The notes below the pieces were generated by a model, which searched no databases, was not told where the DNA came from, and saw only the letters and a program-made list of their open reading frames with translations. Shown here piece by piece: positions 10,074 to 20,813 of a DNA stretch of 64,000 nucleotides. Both the position numbers and the translations under genes were made by a program. Each line of letters opens with the position of its first letter. Position 1 is the first letter of the stretch. Source of the DNA: Ostreococcus lucimarinus (taxonomy: Eukaryota); the NCBI GenBank assembly GCA_000092065.1, contig CP000600.1. The stretch is one strand, 5' to 3'.

Positions 10074-11747
10074 TTAGGTGTTCATCGCCACCATGTAAAG
10101 TCGACGAGCGGGCGATCTAAAGACGAGCGCGAAGAGCGCCAGAAGGAAGACGAATTCGACGGCGCGAATCGCGACGGAGACGAGGGACGTGGATGACGGT
10201 CGAATCCCCGTCTTGAACGCCATCTTCGGTGTCATATTGAGCGCAGAAAACTTGCGAACGAGAGGACTGGCGTCTGGATCGGACGCCGTCCCCGCTATGG
10301 CGCGTCGTCCCGCCATGGCGCGCTGGAGGTCTTTAATCGCGCCCTCGTGCGGGACGACGGCGAGCCAGTCGCGAGCGGCGATCATCTCGTCGCGAGCTTC
10401 GCCACCGCACTCGACGGGCTGATCCCTTTTAGCCACGCCGTACCGCTTCTGAATCTCCGTAGAGGCGTCTCCGGTGCAAATCACAAACTTGTTTCGAGCG
10501 CTCTCCGTCAAGAACAACTTGCCGATGGACCAGAGCGCGGCGAGCAAGTACGGACAATTCGTCACGATGAAGTGCGCGAAAGGCTCTGGGTGAAACTCGG
10601 CGACGGCGAACTGCCTAGCGATGAGCGCGATGTTCGCCCTGGTGAACACCGTCACAGAACACTTTTTCACATCCACGATCATCGGCGGCAACTTGCCGCT
10701 CAAGTATTCGCTCGGTTGCGCCAGGGCGACTTCGTACATTTGGTTCACACCGTACCACGAATCCGTCACCTCGGTTCGTAAGAGATTCTTCATCCCGGCC
10801 GTGGTCATGCAACAAAATAACGCTGCGGGATGGCTCTCGCTCGCGGGCCAAATTTTAAACATATCGAAAGTATCCGCCAAGTCCCGCACCGCGCGCTCCT
10901 TTGTCTCGTCGGCGTCGATTTCTCGGTGCCTAAATCCGTGCTGTGGCGGAAACCTCTTGAGAAATCGCAACATAAATATTCTCGTGTATAAAGCGGCGCC
11001 TAAGTTCTTACTATCCTGTAAGTTTGCCAAGCACGCATCTTTCGTCTTATGCACGATGCGCAGACGACAATACACGCCGCCGTGACACGCCTCGCAAAGC
11101 CGCCGTAAAAATCTCTGACACGCCACCTCGGGGGGCGTATCGTGCCCTTCGAACACCTTCATCGCGAACTCAAACGCCACCGACTGCATGACGTCCGCTA
11201 TAGCGTTTCGCAAATGCTGTATCTGCCTCTCATTGCTCATCTTCAGCGTGCACGGCCGTCCCAACCCCGCGTCGACGTCGGCGCACGTCAACCCGTGTTC
11301 GACGACGTCTAACATCCGCGGCCCCGTCCACGTCTCCCCCTCCCACGGGTACAGCGGTATCTTCCCGTGCGTTCGTTTCAACTCGACGTGATCGTAAAAC
11401 TCCTCCTCTTCTAATTCGCACGCCATCGTCGGCGTCGGCGGTCCCGTCCACGGCGTCGGCGCCGCCACGCCCCACCACGGCTCCAGCGAGTCGAAGAATC
11501 CATCCTTCGTCGCGAACGTCTCCGCGCCCCGCCACGACCGCGCCACCGACACGAGCGCGGCGAACTCTCGCGACGTTCGCCGTCCTCCGTCGATCGACGC
11601 TCGCGCGCGCACCGTCGTCGCCGCGCGACGATCATCTCGACGAGATGCCGATTCGGACGCGTCCGTCTTCGTCGCGCGCGCGTCGCGCCTCGACGTCGCC
11701 CGCGCGCCGTCGTCGTCCGCCTTCGGTCGCGCGCACGCGTTCCCCAT
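10074..11747 (-). CDS. CRAL-TRIO (Sec14-like) lipid-binding domain protein with N-terminal MGNAC acylation-like motif and C-terminal TM anchor
   Basis: FIVTNCPYLLAALWSIGKLFLTESARNKFVI matches the CRAL-TRIO core signature. Hydrophobic C-tail AVEFVFLLALFALVF. Start reassigned to ATG 11747 (MGNACARPK). The upstream part of track ORF 10074..12242 is S/R low complexity. Confidence 0.65.
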   Translation of the reverse strand: MGNACARPKADDDGARATSRRDARATKTDASESASRRDDRRAATTVRARASIDGGRRTSREFAALVSVARSWRGAETFATKDGFFDSLEPWWGVAAPTPWTGPPTPTMACELEEEEFYDHVELKRTHGKIPLYPWEGETWTGPRMLDVVEHGLTCADVDAGLGRPCTLKMSNERQIQHLRNAIADVMQSVAFEFAMKVFEGHDTPPEVACQRFLRRLCEACHGGVYCRLRIVHKTKDACLANLQDSKNLGAALYTRIFMLRFLKRFPPQHGFRHREIDADETKERAVRDLADTFDMFKIWPASESHPAALFCCMTTAGMKNLLRTEVTDSWYGVNQMYEVALAQPSEYLSGKLPPMIVDVKKCSVTVFTRANIALIARQFAVAEFHPEPFAHFIVTNCPYLLAALWSIGKLFLTESARNKFVICTGDASTEIQKRYGVAKRDQPVECGGEARDEMIAARDWLAVVPHEGAIKDLQRAMAGRRAIAGTASDPDASPLVRKFSALNMTPKMAFKTGIRPSSTSLVSVAIRAVEFVFLLALFALVFRSPARRLYMVAMNT

Positions 11748-11856
11748 CGCGCGCCGCCGCGCCGACGCCCCCGCGGTGGCGCGCGCGCGAGGCGCGTCGC
11801 CGAGTGTCGTCGTCGCGTAACGACCGCATCGCGGCGTCGACGTCAGAACGCGTCCG

Positions 11857-13017
11857 ATGCGCGCGCTCGCGCGCCTCGCCAGCGCGCGCGCGCTCCGAAC
11901 GACGCCCGCGCGCGCGTCGACGCGTCGCGGCGGCGCGGCGGCGCGACGATGGACGCGCGCGACGCGCGCGAGCGTTCGCGCCGCCGGGACGCCGATTGGC
12001 TCGGGCGAGGCCGGGACGCGCGCGCGCGACGACGACGCGGACGACGAGGACGACGCGGACGACGACGAGCGAGGCTTCGCGCGCGCGCTCGAGGAGGACG
12101 CGCGCGAGCGACGCGCGCGCGGGGCGTCGACGCTCGAGCCCGGGCTGTTCCTGGTGGCGACGCCGATTGGCAACCTGGAGGACGTCACGCTGCGCGCGCT
12201 GCGCGTGCTGCGCGACGCGGACGCGGTGCTGGCCGAAGACACGCGACGGACGAAGCAGCTGATGCGAGCGTACGATATCGCGACGCCGTTGGTGTCGTAT
12301 CACGCGCATAACGAGGCGAAGCGGAGGGAGTCGGTGCTGGGACGGTTGGCGAGCGGCGCGGCGCTGGCGCTGGTGAGCGACGCGGGAATGCCGACGGTGA
12401 ACGACCCGGGCGCGGATTTGGCGGCGAGGGCGGCGGCGATGGGTGTGAGAGTGTTTCCCGTGCCGGGACCGAGCGCGGTTTTGGCGGCGATCGCGGGCGC
12501 GGGATTGCCGACGGATGAGTTTACGTTTATCGGTTTCCCGCCGCCGAAATCTTCGCAGAGAGCGAAAAGATTTAAGAGTTTTGCGCGCAACAAGGCGACG
12601 CTCATCATGTTCGTGCCTCCGCATAAACTAATCGGGACGTTGGAAGACGCACACGCGGCGTTGGGCGATCGACGATGCTCGGTGTGTCGAGAGTTGACCA
12701 AGGTGCACGAAGAGTTTTGGAGAAGCACGCTGAGTGAGGCCAGAGCGGAGTTCGAGCGGCGCGCCCCGCGAGGGGAAATCACGCTCGTCATCGAAGGTTA
12801 CGATGACGACCAACCCGCGCTCGCGAGTGATGAAGACGATGACGACGACAATAGCGCGCCGAGCTCGTCGAACGTCGAAGACGCGGTGCGCTCGCTGTTG
12901 GAGGACGGCGCGTCTCCCTCCGACGCGTCGAGACGCGTCGCAAAAGAACTCGGCGTGCGACGACGGGAAACGTATGGCGTCGCGCAGAGACTTTCAGAAG
13001 AACTGAAAAAACGATGA
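11857..13017 (+). CDS. 16S rRNA (cytidine-2'-O)-methyltransferase RsmI-like (tetrapyrrole/corrin methylase fold), organelle-targeted
   Basis: LFLVATPIGNLEDVTLRALRVLRDADAVLAEDTRRT is the RsmI N-terminal signature, followed by GMPTVNDPG. R/A-rich presequence and acidic linker. True ATG at 11857. Confidence 0.8.
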   Translation: MRALARLASARALRTTPARASTRRGGAAARRWTRATRASVRAAGTPIGSGEAGTRARDDDADDEDDADDDERGFARALEEDARERRARGASTLEPGLFLVATPIGNLEDVTLRALRVLRDADAVLAEDTRRTKQLMRAYDIATPLVSYHAHNEAKRRESVLGRLASGAALALVSDAGMPTVNDPGADLAARAAAMGVRVFPVPGPSAVLAAIAGAGLPTDEFTFIGFPPPKSSQRAKRFKSFARNKATLIMFVPPHKLIGTLEDAHAALGDRRCSVCRELTKVHEEFWRSTLSEARAEFERRAPRGEITLVIEGYDDDQPALASDEDDDDDNSAPSSSNVEDAVRSLLEDGASPSDASRRVAKELGVRRRETYGVAQRLSEELKKR

Positions 13018-13136
13018 GACGAGCGCGTCGAAACGAAATTCAATTCAAGTGAACGACGGTCGGCGCGATTGGGCAACAACAGAAGCGACGTCGTGGGAGA
13101 GTTAAAAATAAATGACTCTCGTCTTCATATCTCCGC

Positions 13137-15899
13137 ATGCCCGAAGGCGTGGGTGATGGCTTACCGTTTGGAAGAAGCCGTCAGCGGGCGTACGGTGATA
13201 TCACGCGTGCGCTCACGCGTCCCCCCCGTGAAGACCTGAGCGCCGCGGCGAGCCACACCGAGAATCGCAACCACGACCGCGCGGACCGGCGCTCCGTGGG
13301 AGGCGAGATCGATCTCTTGAGGCGGGAAATCACGCGTGTACAGAAAGCCTTGACTGATTTGAAGGCGAAGAGAATCGAAAATAAATCGCCAAACGCTCTT
13401 CCGGAGCGTAAGCGATGGAGCGTCATGGATCGCTGCAGGCCAACGAGGAAGTGCGACGAAAAGGACGAGAGACATTCGTTGAAACCTTCGCTCGTTCGCG
13501 ACATGAGTGCTCGACAGCTCATCCTGCGGAAACCACCCGAGCCTGCAACGCGTGGAATGGCTATCATGCTGTTGCGACGGCTAGACGACGTCTTGCCAGA
13601 GGGCGCCATCGAGAACAAGTGCGCCGAGCTGAGCAAGATGGGCGGTTTGGGAACGGTGAGTGGAGCGCTCGCGCGGTACGCAAGCTTGCACATCGACACG
13701 TTTAGCGACGACTTTGAGATAATCGATACCGCGTTCCGAGAGAGTGCTCGGCAAGTGAGCGCTGGGTGTAGAGATCGAGGCGAGTTGTTGGATGCGATCC
13801 GCGAACGCTACGGAGAGCTCTTCTCCACGATGCGCAACGTGTGTGACCGGTGGCAGCGACGAAACGAGTCTCTCGTCATCGAGCTTGACGAACTTCAAGG
13901 CGCGCTGGAGACGAAAGAGAACGAGCAACTCGCGCTCACAGAGCGCGTTGCGAGATGTAAATTCGAAGCCGATTCTGCAAGACGACGGCAGCAAGTTGAT
14001 AACGAGCGGGCAGATTTAATGACTAAACGGTCGCGTGCGAGGGAAAACGAATTAATGATGATGCAGAAAATTGACCGTGCCGAGATTCATCGATTGCATG
14101 AGCGCCTAAAACTGATGGAGACTCAATCAAGGCGTGATCTTGAATTCGCGGTGATGTCGATGGAGCAGTCGCTCTACGACGCTCTCAACGACAGAGACAA
14201 TCTCTCGAAGCGCGTAAGGTTTTTGGACAATCAGCTGCTCCAGACGCGCATGATGCTTCCGGATAAATCGTGTTACTCCACTACAGAGACCCAAACCTTG
14301 GAACGCATGGATGGCCAGTCGACGTACAAGGGTGAAGCAGCAGCAACCGCGGGCGTATCGGCTGAGGTGCAAACCGACCACGTAGTGATCTCGAAGCGTC
14401 GACGCAAAGAAAAAGCTTCGAGGAGTGGAATGGATGGTAAAGATACGAGGTTGCACGCCCCAGATCTCGGCACGGACGCGGATCAATGGAAGCGCGAGAT
14501 TCTCGGCGGTTTCGCCACTCTCATAACTTCGCAAAAGATTGGTCGGCGGAAACCACGCGCTTGGGTACTCAAATGTATCGCGCACATATACACCGATAAG
14601 CTCACGCTCGACTCGACAGCGCAGATAAATGGCGACGACGGCGCGATGTGTGACGCCTCAGCGCAGCCACTCACGAATTTCGTGTACGATTGGCATCTGC
14701 ACAAGTTTGGGTTGAAGCAACTCGCCGAAACGAATTTGCACGACTTGATTGCTTCGACGTCGCATCACGCGGAGGAGTGCGGACTGATTTCCCAGTTCGG
14801 CGCGTTTTGTGGTTTCGGCGCACATCGAGCGCATCGAGCACCGGTCTTGACGGATTCGCCGACGGTGACGTTTTATTTACGTCTGCTCGAAGCGCTCGCG
14901 AGCGAAACCAACCTTGGCCAACTATTTATGGAGTTCGGCCTCGGGAACGATTCGAAGATCGACATCACGCCGACTATGACAGGTACGCTCGCACTTACAC
15001 GCGCTCTAGATGCCATCAAGCGCGTGTTTACGGAGTACAAAGACGACGCCTCGGCGCTGAAAGATTTTGTTGGTAAACAACTCGGGATCAAGCATGCGAC
15101 GAACTCGACGACGGTCAAGTTTGCCAGTTTAATGCGGGGGGCGATGGACGAGTACACATCTCGCCGACTCGCGAGTTTGGAAACATTGAAAGCTTTATTT
15201 CTTGCCGCTGATTGCGATGACGATGGCGCTTTGGTGCGAGACGAATTCGCCGCTGCGCTTCGATTGTGCGACTACAAAGTCACCGAACAGTTCGCGGCGA
15301 GGGCGTTCGAATCCTGCGCGACACGACGCGGCGATAAACCTTCAGAGCTATTCGTCGGCGTTGACGCATTTATCAAGTCGTGTCTCATGAACGGGATGGA
15401 GACCTTTCGCGTGATCCCCGAACGTCCGCCGGGCGAAACCGCGGCGACGACGAAAATGACGGCGTCGGCGACATCTTCTCACAAAAATCAAGGCTCATCC
15501 TCCCCGACGGCACCATCGCTCTCCATGTCATCGAACGCGTGGATGGCCCTCGTCGACCAGCACGTCGCCTCTCCCGAAGGCGCGGTCGCCAAACTCCGCG
15601 CCCTTCCGCCCGGCGTCTCCCTGGATCGATGTCGACGCCAACTCCGCCGTCTCGACCAACTCCGCGCCGCGCGCACCGACGGCCAAGCCGCCTACCTCGC
15701 CCTCAAGCTCCTCACCAACGACGTCCGAACCGCCACCGTCCGCGCCAAGGGCGGTTTCAAGCGTCTCGGCGCCACCGTCCTCCACCAAGTCTCCTTCTCC
15801 ATGCGCGCCGCGCGCGTCGAATCCGATCCCACCGTCGTCGCCTCCGCCTCGCCCGATCACCCTCGCGACGACGATTTCGACCCGTTAGCGACGTCCTAA
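13137..15899 (+). CDS. Hypothetical large coiled-coil protein with a canonical EF-hand loop
   Basis: 920-aa ORF with markedly lower GC than its neighbours. Heptad-rich segments (e.g. LKLMETQSRRDLEFAVMSMEQSLYDAL). DCDDDGALVRDE fits the 12-residue EF-hand loop. No antisense ORF of comparable quality. Confidence 0.6.
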   Translation: MPEGVGDGLPFGRSRQRAYGDITRALTRPPREDLSAAASHTENRNHDRADRRSVGGEIDLLRREITRVQKALTDLKAKRIENKSPNALPERKRWSVMDRCRPTRKCDEKDERHSLKPSLVRDMSARQLILRKPPEPATRGMAIMLLRRLDDVLPEGAIENKCAELSKMGGLGTVSGALARYASLHIDTFSDDFEIIDTAFRESARQVSAGCRDRGELLDAIRERYGELFSTMRNVCDRWQRRNESLVIELDELQGALETKENEQLALTERVARCKFEADSARRRQQVDNERADLMTKRSRARENELMMMQKIDRAEIHRLHERLKLMETQSRRDLEFAVMSMEQSLYDALNDRDNLSKRVRFLDNQLLQTRMMLPDKSCYSTTETQTLERMDGQSTYKGEAAATAGVSAEVQTDHVVISKRRRKEKASRSGMDGKDTRLHAPDLGTDADQWKREILGGFATLITSQKIGRRKPRAWVLKCIAHIYTDKLTLDSTAQINGDDGAMCDASAQPLTNFVYDWHLHKFGLKQLAETNLHDLIASTSHHAEECGLISQFGAFCGFGAHRAHRAPVLTDSPTVTFYLRLLEALASETNLGQLFMEFGLGNDSKIDITPTMTGTLALTRALDAIKRVFTEYKDDASALKDFVGKQLGIKHATNSTTVKFASLMRGAMDEYTSRRLASLETLKALFLAADCDDDGALVRDEFAAALRLCDYKVTEQFAARAFESCATRRGDKPSELFVGVDAFIKSCLMNGMETFRVIPERPPGETAATTKMTASATSSHKNQGSSSPTAPSLSMSSNAWMALVDQHVASPEGAVAKLRALPPGVSLDRCRRQLRRLDQLRAARTDGQAAYLALKLLTNDVRTATVRAKGGFKRLGATVLHQVSFSMRAARVESDPTVVASASPDHPRDDDFDPLATS

Positions 15900-16085
15900 T
15901 ATCATCTTCGCTCTCGCGTCGAATCGCGGACCCGGACCCGTCCGCGTCGTCGTCGACGCCTCGCGCGGCGTTCGCGTCCCCTTCGCGAAGTGCCGACATT
16001 CCACGCCCGTGGCGCGCCACCCTCGTCGCTCGATCGGCCTCCGCACAACTCGACGTCACGCGCCGCGAGCGCTCCACCGATCGAC

Positions 16086-16877
<792 letters not shown>

Positions 16878-17322
16878 TGAAGCGCTTTTGGGTTTGTAGC
16901 GAGGGAGGCCGGGGGGCGCGAGCGAGAGTGAGACCGCGCGCGTGCGAACGCGAGCGAGGGGGCGAGAGAAACACAGAGCGACGATGACGAGAGTGCACGT
17001 CGATGACGAGGGGCGCAGACAGACACGCGCGGAAAGGAGGACGGCGGTCTTCAGCCGACGAAGCCGCGAGCGCCGTGAGAAACGCGCGGCGCCGGCGAGC
17101 GTCTCCGACGCGTGAATTTAGCGAAGAGAATAGGCTCTTAATGTGTATGCGATACACCAGCCTATGTGCGAACGACCCGACCTGTCCGGCCGCGCCCCGT
17201 CGCGCGTGGACTCGCTTTCACGCTTCCCGTCTCGTCCCGTCCTCGTCGGTCCCTCGCCGTTCGCGCCGCGCGCCCGCCACATCACCGCGCGCGCTCGACG
17301 CCGCGCTCAACGCCCGCACACG

Positions 17323-18166
17323 ATGCGCGCGATCGCTCCCGTCTCCCTCGCCCCGGTCTCGCGCGTTCAGCGCCGTCGCGCGCGCGTGCAGGCGCGTCGA
17401 ACCACCGACGACGTCACCGCGACCGGCGCGGCCTCGCTCGGTCTCGCCGCCGCGGCCGCCGCCTGCGTCGTCCTCGCCGGACCGGCGCGCGCGGAATTGA
17501 ACGCCGCGGAAGCGAATCGAGGGGGCGAGTTCAACCGCGGCTCGGCGAAGCAGTTCGGTGGTTACGATTTGGTCAAAGTTGACATCACGAAGGAGTTCGG
17601 CGAGGACTTGCGACTGAGCGTGCGTGACGACGCTCGATTCGCTCGGCGAACGCGTCGATCGCTCGAAGCGCGATCGCTCGCGCCGACGTACTGACGGAAA
17701 TATACCGCGTTCCTCGTCGCAGAATTTCACGGGCGCGGATTTGCGATTCGCCAAGCTTCGAGGGGCGAACTTGCGCGGCGCGTACATGATGAAGATGGTC
17801 GCGCCGGAGGTCGACTTCACGGGGGCGGACATGAGCGATGCCCTCATGGATCGCGCGGTGCTCGTCAAGGCTAACTTCACGAACGCCATATTGAATCGCG
17901 TCGTGCTGACGTCGTCGGATTTGGAGGGCGCGATCGTGGAGAACGCGGATTTCACCGACGCGTTGCTCGACGTCAAGACGCAGCAGGCGTTGTGCAAAAC
18001 GGCGTCGGGGAAGAACCCGGAGACGGGGGTTTCGACGCGCGTGTCGCTCGGCTGCGCGGGTGGGCGCGCTCGAGTTTCGTCGCCGTCGAGGTACATGTCC
18101 GACGACGACACACCGAAACCCAAGGCGGAGTTTGACGAATCGCGATTCTCGATGTATCAGTAAATT
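17323..18166 (+). CDS. Thylakoid-lumen pentapeptide-repeat protein (TL15/TL17-like); two exons (17323..17619, 17723..18166)
   Basis: Exon 1 has a transit peptide plus RR-containing lumen-targeting hydrophobic stretch ending ARA|EL. Exon 2 has tandem pentapeptide repeats (NFTGADLRFAKLRGANLRGAYM...ANFTNAILNRVVLTSSDLEGAIVENADFTDALL). 103-nt intron with GTGCGT, tACTGACgg and CAG. Confidence 0.7.
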
Positions 18167-18170
18167 CTTT

Positions 18171-18175
18171 TGTAA
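18171..18175 (+). promoter_or_regulatory. TGTAA putative poly(A) signal after pentapeptide-repeat gene
   Basis: ttttgTAAgcgg directly after the stop at 18164..18166. Confidence 0.3.
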
Positions 18176-18222
18176 GCGGCGTTGACGACGAATTATTTTG
18201 CAAGTTTTTGAAATGCACGCGA

Positions 18223-19080
18223 CTATCTATTACCGACCGGCTTGCTCCCCGCGAACCCCACGCCTTTGGCCTCGGTCAAATCCTCGGGCAACGCGAAGAT
18301 CGAGTTCTTCTGAATGCCCTTCTTCCCCTTCTTCAATCCTTTGCTTTGGAAATTTTGCCAACTGCTCGCCTTTTGGTTTTGCTCGGCGCTTATCTCTTGC
18401 TGCCGCTGCTTATACTTGAACGTCTTCAACTTTTTCCGCTTCAACTCCCGCGTCTCCGAGTCATCCCCGGGCTTAATCTCCAAATTCTTCGGCGGCTCTT
18501 TCCGCACGAACTCCGTCTTTCGCGTCAACTCCACGCGTCTCGGTTCCGGCACGCCGCGATACACCTCTCTCGGCGGCGGCGGCGGCGGCGCCTTCGCCTT
18601 CGTCTTCGCCTGACCCCCGATGTCTATCCTCACATCGCTCGCCTTCACCGCGACTCGCGTGTGGCTCTCCGTCAGGTACACGTCCAGCGTACCGTCGTCC
18701 ATCGCTCGCACGCACCGTCCCCTCCGCCACGCGCCCTCGGCGTCGAGCGCGAGCACGTCCCGTCCCGCGAACGTCCCTCCCAGCGTCGTCGTCGTCGTCG
18801 CCGTCGCCGCCGTCGCGCCTCGCGCGTCGTTCGCGCCGTCACCCGCGCCTAACTCGTCGTCGTCGACGTCGTCCCGCGCCGCGAGCGTCGTCGCCAGGAC
18901 GTCGCGCGTGATTTCAATGACATCCTCGAGCGAATCCTTCAAATCGATCAATTCCTCGTCCCCCGGCGCGTCCGCGAGCGACGCCTCGACGTCCGCGAGC
19001 GAGCGCTCGTACTCATCGAGCTTGGCGCGCAGCTCGTCCGCGGTCTGCGGCGCGTCGTCGTCGTCGGCGGCGTCGGACAT
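18223..19080 (-). CDS. Splicing factor SPF30 / SMNDC1-like (Tudor domain protein)
   Basis: From internal ATG 19080: MSDAADDDDAPQTADELRAKLDEYERSLADVEASL...LIDLKDSLEDVIEITRDVL matches the SPF30 N-terminal helix. Tudor-like block GRDVLALDAEGAWRRGRCVRAMDDGTLDVYL. Lys-rich tail ending KNSIFALPED...GVGFAGSKPVGNR, as in SPF30. The upstream part of the track ORF is S-rich low complexity. Confidence 0.7.
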   Translation of the reverse strand: MSDAADDDDAPQTADELRAKLDEYERSLADVEASLADAPGDEELIDLKDSLEDVIEITRDVLATTLAARDDVDDDELGAGDGANDARGATAATATTTTTLGGTFAGRDVLALDAEGAWRRGRCVRAMDDGTLDVYLTESHTRVAVKASDVRIDIGGQAKTKAKAPPPPPPREVYRGVPEPRRVELTRKTEFVRKEPPKNLEIKPGDDSETRELKRKKLKTFKYKQRQQEISAEQNQKASSWQNFQSKGLKKGKKGIQKNSIFALPEDLTEAKGVGFAGSKPVGNR

Positions 19081-19120
19081 GACGCGGGGCGATGTGACGC
19101 GGCGGCGGCACTTCGTCGCG

Positions 19121-20434
19121 ATGGCGACGCGCGCGATCGCGCCGTCGCTCGCGCGCGCGACGGCGACGCGCGCGCGCGATGTCGCGGATCGCGCGCGCGC
19201 GCGCGCCGGGGACTCGGCGCGCGCGACGGCGACGCGCGGGAAGGGCGCCGCGCGCGCGATGGCGGCGGCGGCGCGACGACGCGCGGTGACGCCGCGCGCG
19301 CGCGCGAGCGACGCGAACGAGGACGAGGACGAGGACGAAGGGCCGGATAAAGATCTCGCGGACGCGTTCTTCGCGCAGATGCCGCGCGAGAACGAGGCGG
19401 AGGACGGCGCGCGGGGGGACGAGGACGCGCGCGACTTCGACGACGACGACGACGACGACGAAAACGTCGAGGTGCTGCCGTACATCGGCGGTGAGCTCCT
19501 GAAACCGGACCCGCCGGGACATAAGTCAGGGTACGCCGCCATCGTCGGACGACCGAACGCGGGGAAGAGCACGCTGATGAATGATTTGGTCGGGACGAAG
19601 CTGAGCATCGTGACGTACAAGCCGCAGACGACGCGGCATCGGATTTTGGGCATCCTGAGCGACGAGAACTCGCAGATGGTGCTTCTGGACACGCCGGGGG
19701 TGATGGTGGAGGAGTTTAATAAGCTGGATGGGATGATGCTGAAGAGCGTGCGGAATTCGATGGCGAACGCGGATGTGTTGTTTTACATCGTGGACGCGGC
19801 GCGGGATCCGTACGGGGCGTGGGAAGGTTTGGCGCCGAAGAAGGGTAAGCGCGTGCCGACGGCGTTGATTTTGAACAAATGTGACATGGTTGGCGATCGT
19901 GAGCGGATCATGGAGTTGATTGAGTACTTTCAAGCGCAAGAGGCGATCGACGAGGTGTTGCCGATTTCGGCGCTCAACTCAACGGGGACGCGCAACGTCA
20001 AAGAGTGGGCGCTGGAACGTTTACCGCTCGGCCCGACGCTTTACCCCAAAGACGCCATCAGCGAGCACCCCGAACGATTCTTCATCGCCGAAATCATCCG
20101 CGAGAAGATATTTTTGCAGTACAAACAAGAGGTGCCGTACAGCACGCAAGTTTGGATCGAGACGCACAAGGAACGCGACGGCGTGAAGAAGGATCTCATC
20201 CTCGCCAAAGTCTTCGTCGAGCGTCAATCTCAAATCGGCATCATCGTCGGCCAAGGCGGGGCGGCGATGAAAAAACTTTCGTCCAGCGCGCGCGCGGACA
20301 TTGAGAAGTTTTTAGGCCGCCCGGTATTTTTAGACATCCAAGTCAAAGTCCGCGACGGCTGGCGCGAAGACGACCGCAGCCTCGAAGACCTCGGCCTGGA
20401 CGACCCCAATAGATTAGAGAGCCCATCCATCTAG
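19121..20434 (+). CDS. GTPase Era (organellar), GTP-binding domain plus C-terminal KH domain
   Basis: G1 GRPNAGKST, G3 DTPG, G4 NKCD. KH region VFVERQSQIGIIVGQGGAAMKKL. Start at ATG 19121 (MATRAIAPSLARATA, presequence-like). The ORF-track extension overlaps the SPF30 coding region on the other strand. Confidence 0.9.
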   Translation: MATRAIAPSLARATATRARDVADRARARAGDSARATATRGKGAARAMAAAARRRAVTPRARASDANEDEDEDEGPDKDLADAFFAQMPRENEAEDGARGDEDARDFDDDDDDDENVEVLPYIGGELLKPDPPGHKSGYAAIVGRPNAGKSTLMNDLVGTKLSIVTYKPQTTRHRILGILSDENSQMVLLDTPGVMVEEFNKLDGMMLKSVRNSMANADVLFYIVDAARDPYGAWEGLAPKKGKRVPTALILNKCDMVGDRERIMELIEYFQAQEAIDEVLPISALNSTGTRNVKEWALERLPLGPTLYPKDAISEHPERFFIAEIIREKIFLQYKQEVPYSTQVWIETHKERDGVKKDLILAKVFVERQSQIGIIVGQGGAAMKKLSSSARADIEKFLGRPVFLDIQVKVRDGWREDDRSLEDLGLDDPNRLESPSI

Positions 20435-20813
20435 ACGACGTTGTCGTGCGAACGCGCGCAGTTTTTCACCTCCGCGGCGTCAAAAACGCCGGCAACCGCG
20501 CGCCCTTCGCGTCTCGCAACCATCTCGCGAACATCTCGCGCGCCTTCGTCTTCGTCGCTTCGCGTCCGACCTCATCCCTCCCGTCGCCGTTTTCCATCGC
20601 TCTGCGCGCGTCTTTATTTTTTCCCGCGTACGTCTTCACCGGCATCCACCACAGCGGTCGATACGTCATCGCTTTATGTCGTCTCGCGTTTCTCCGCGCG
20701 TCGCCGCGGCGTCGCGTTACCCTCGGTTGGAGGATTCTTATCCACTTCCTCTGTTCTCCACACGGCCGCGCGCGTCCACGCGCGCACGCCACGCGCGCGC
20801 GCATCGACGCACG

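Noticed and set aside
20676-20813. N-terminal extensions of track ORFs. Examples: lycopene cyclase from 20676, Era from 18620, SLU7 from 50580, METTL18-like from 28017, PHB from 28361 as Met.
   Set aside because: The track counts GTG/TTG as M and extends to the first upstream stop. The extensions overlap neighbouring genes or show AT-ending, non-coding-like codons. Conserved N-termini identify the real ATG or an upstream exon.
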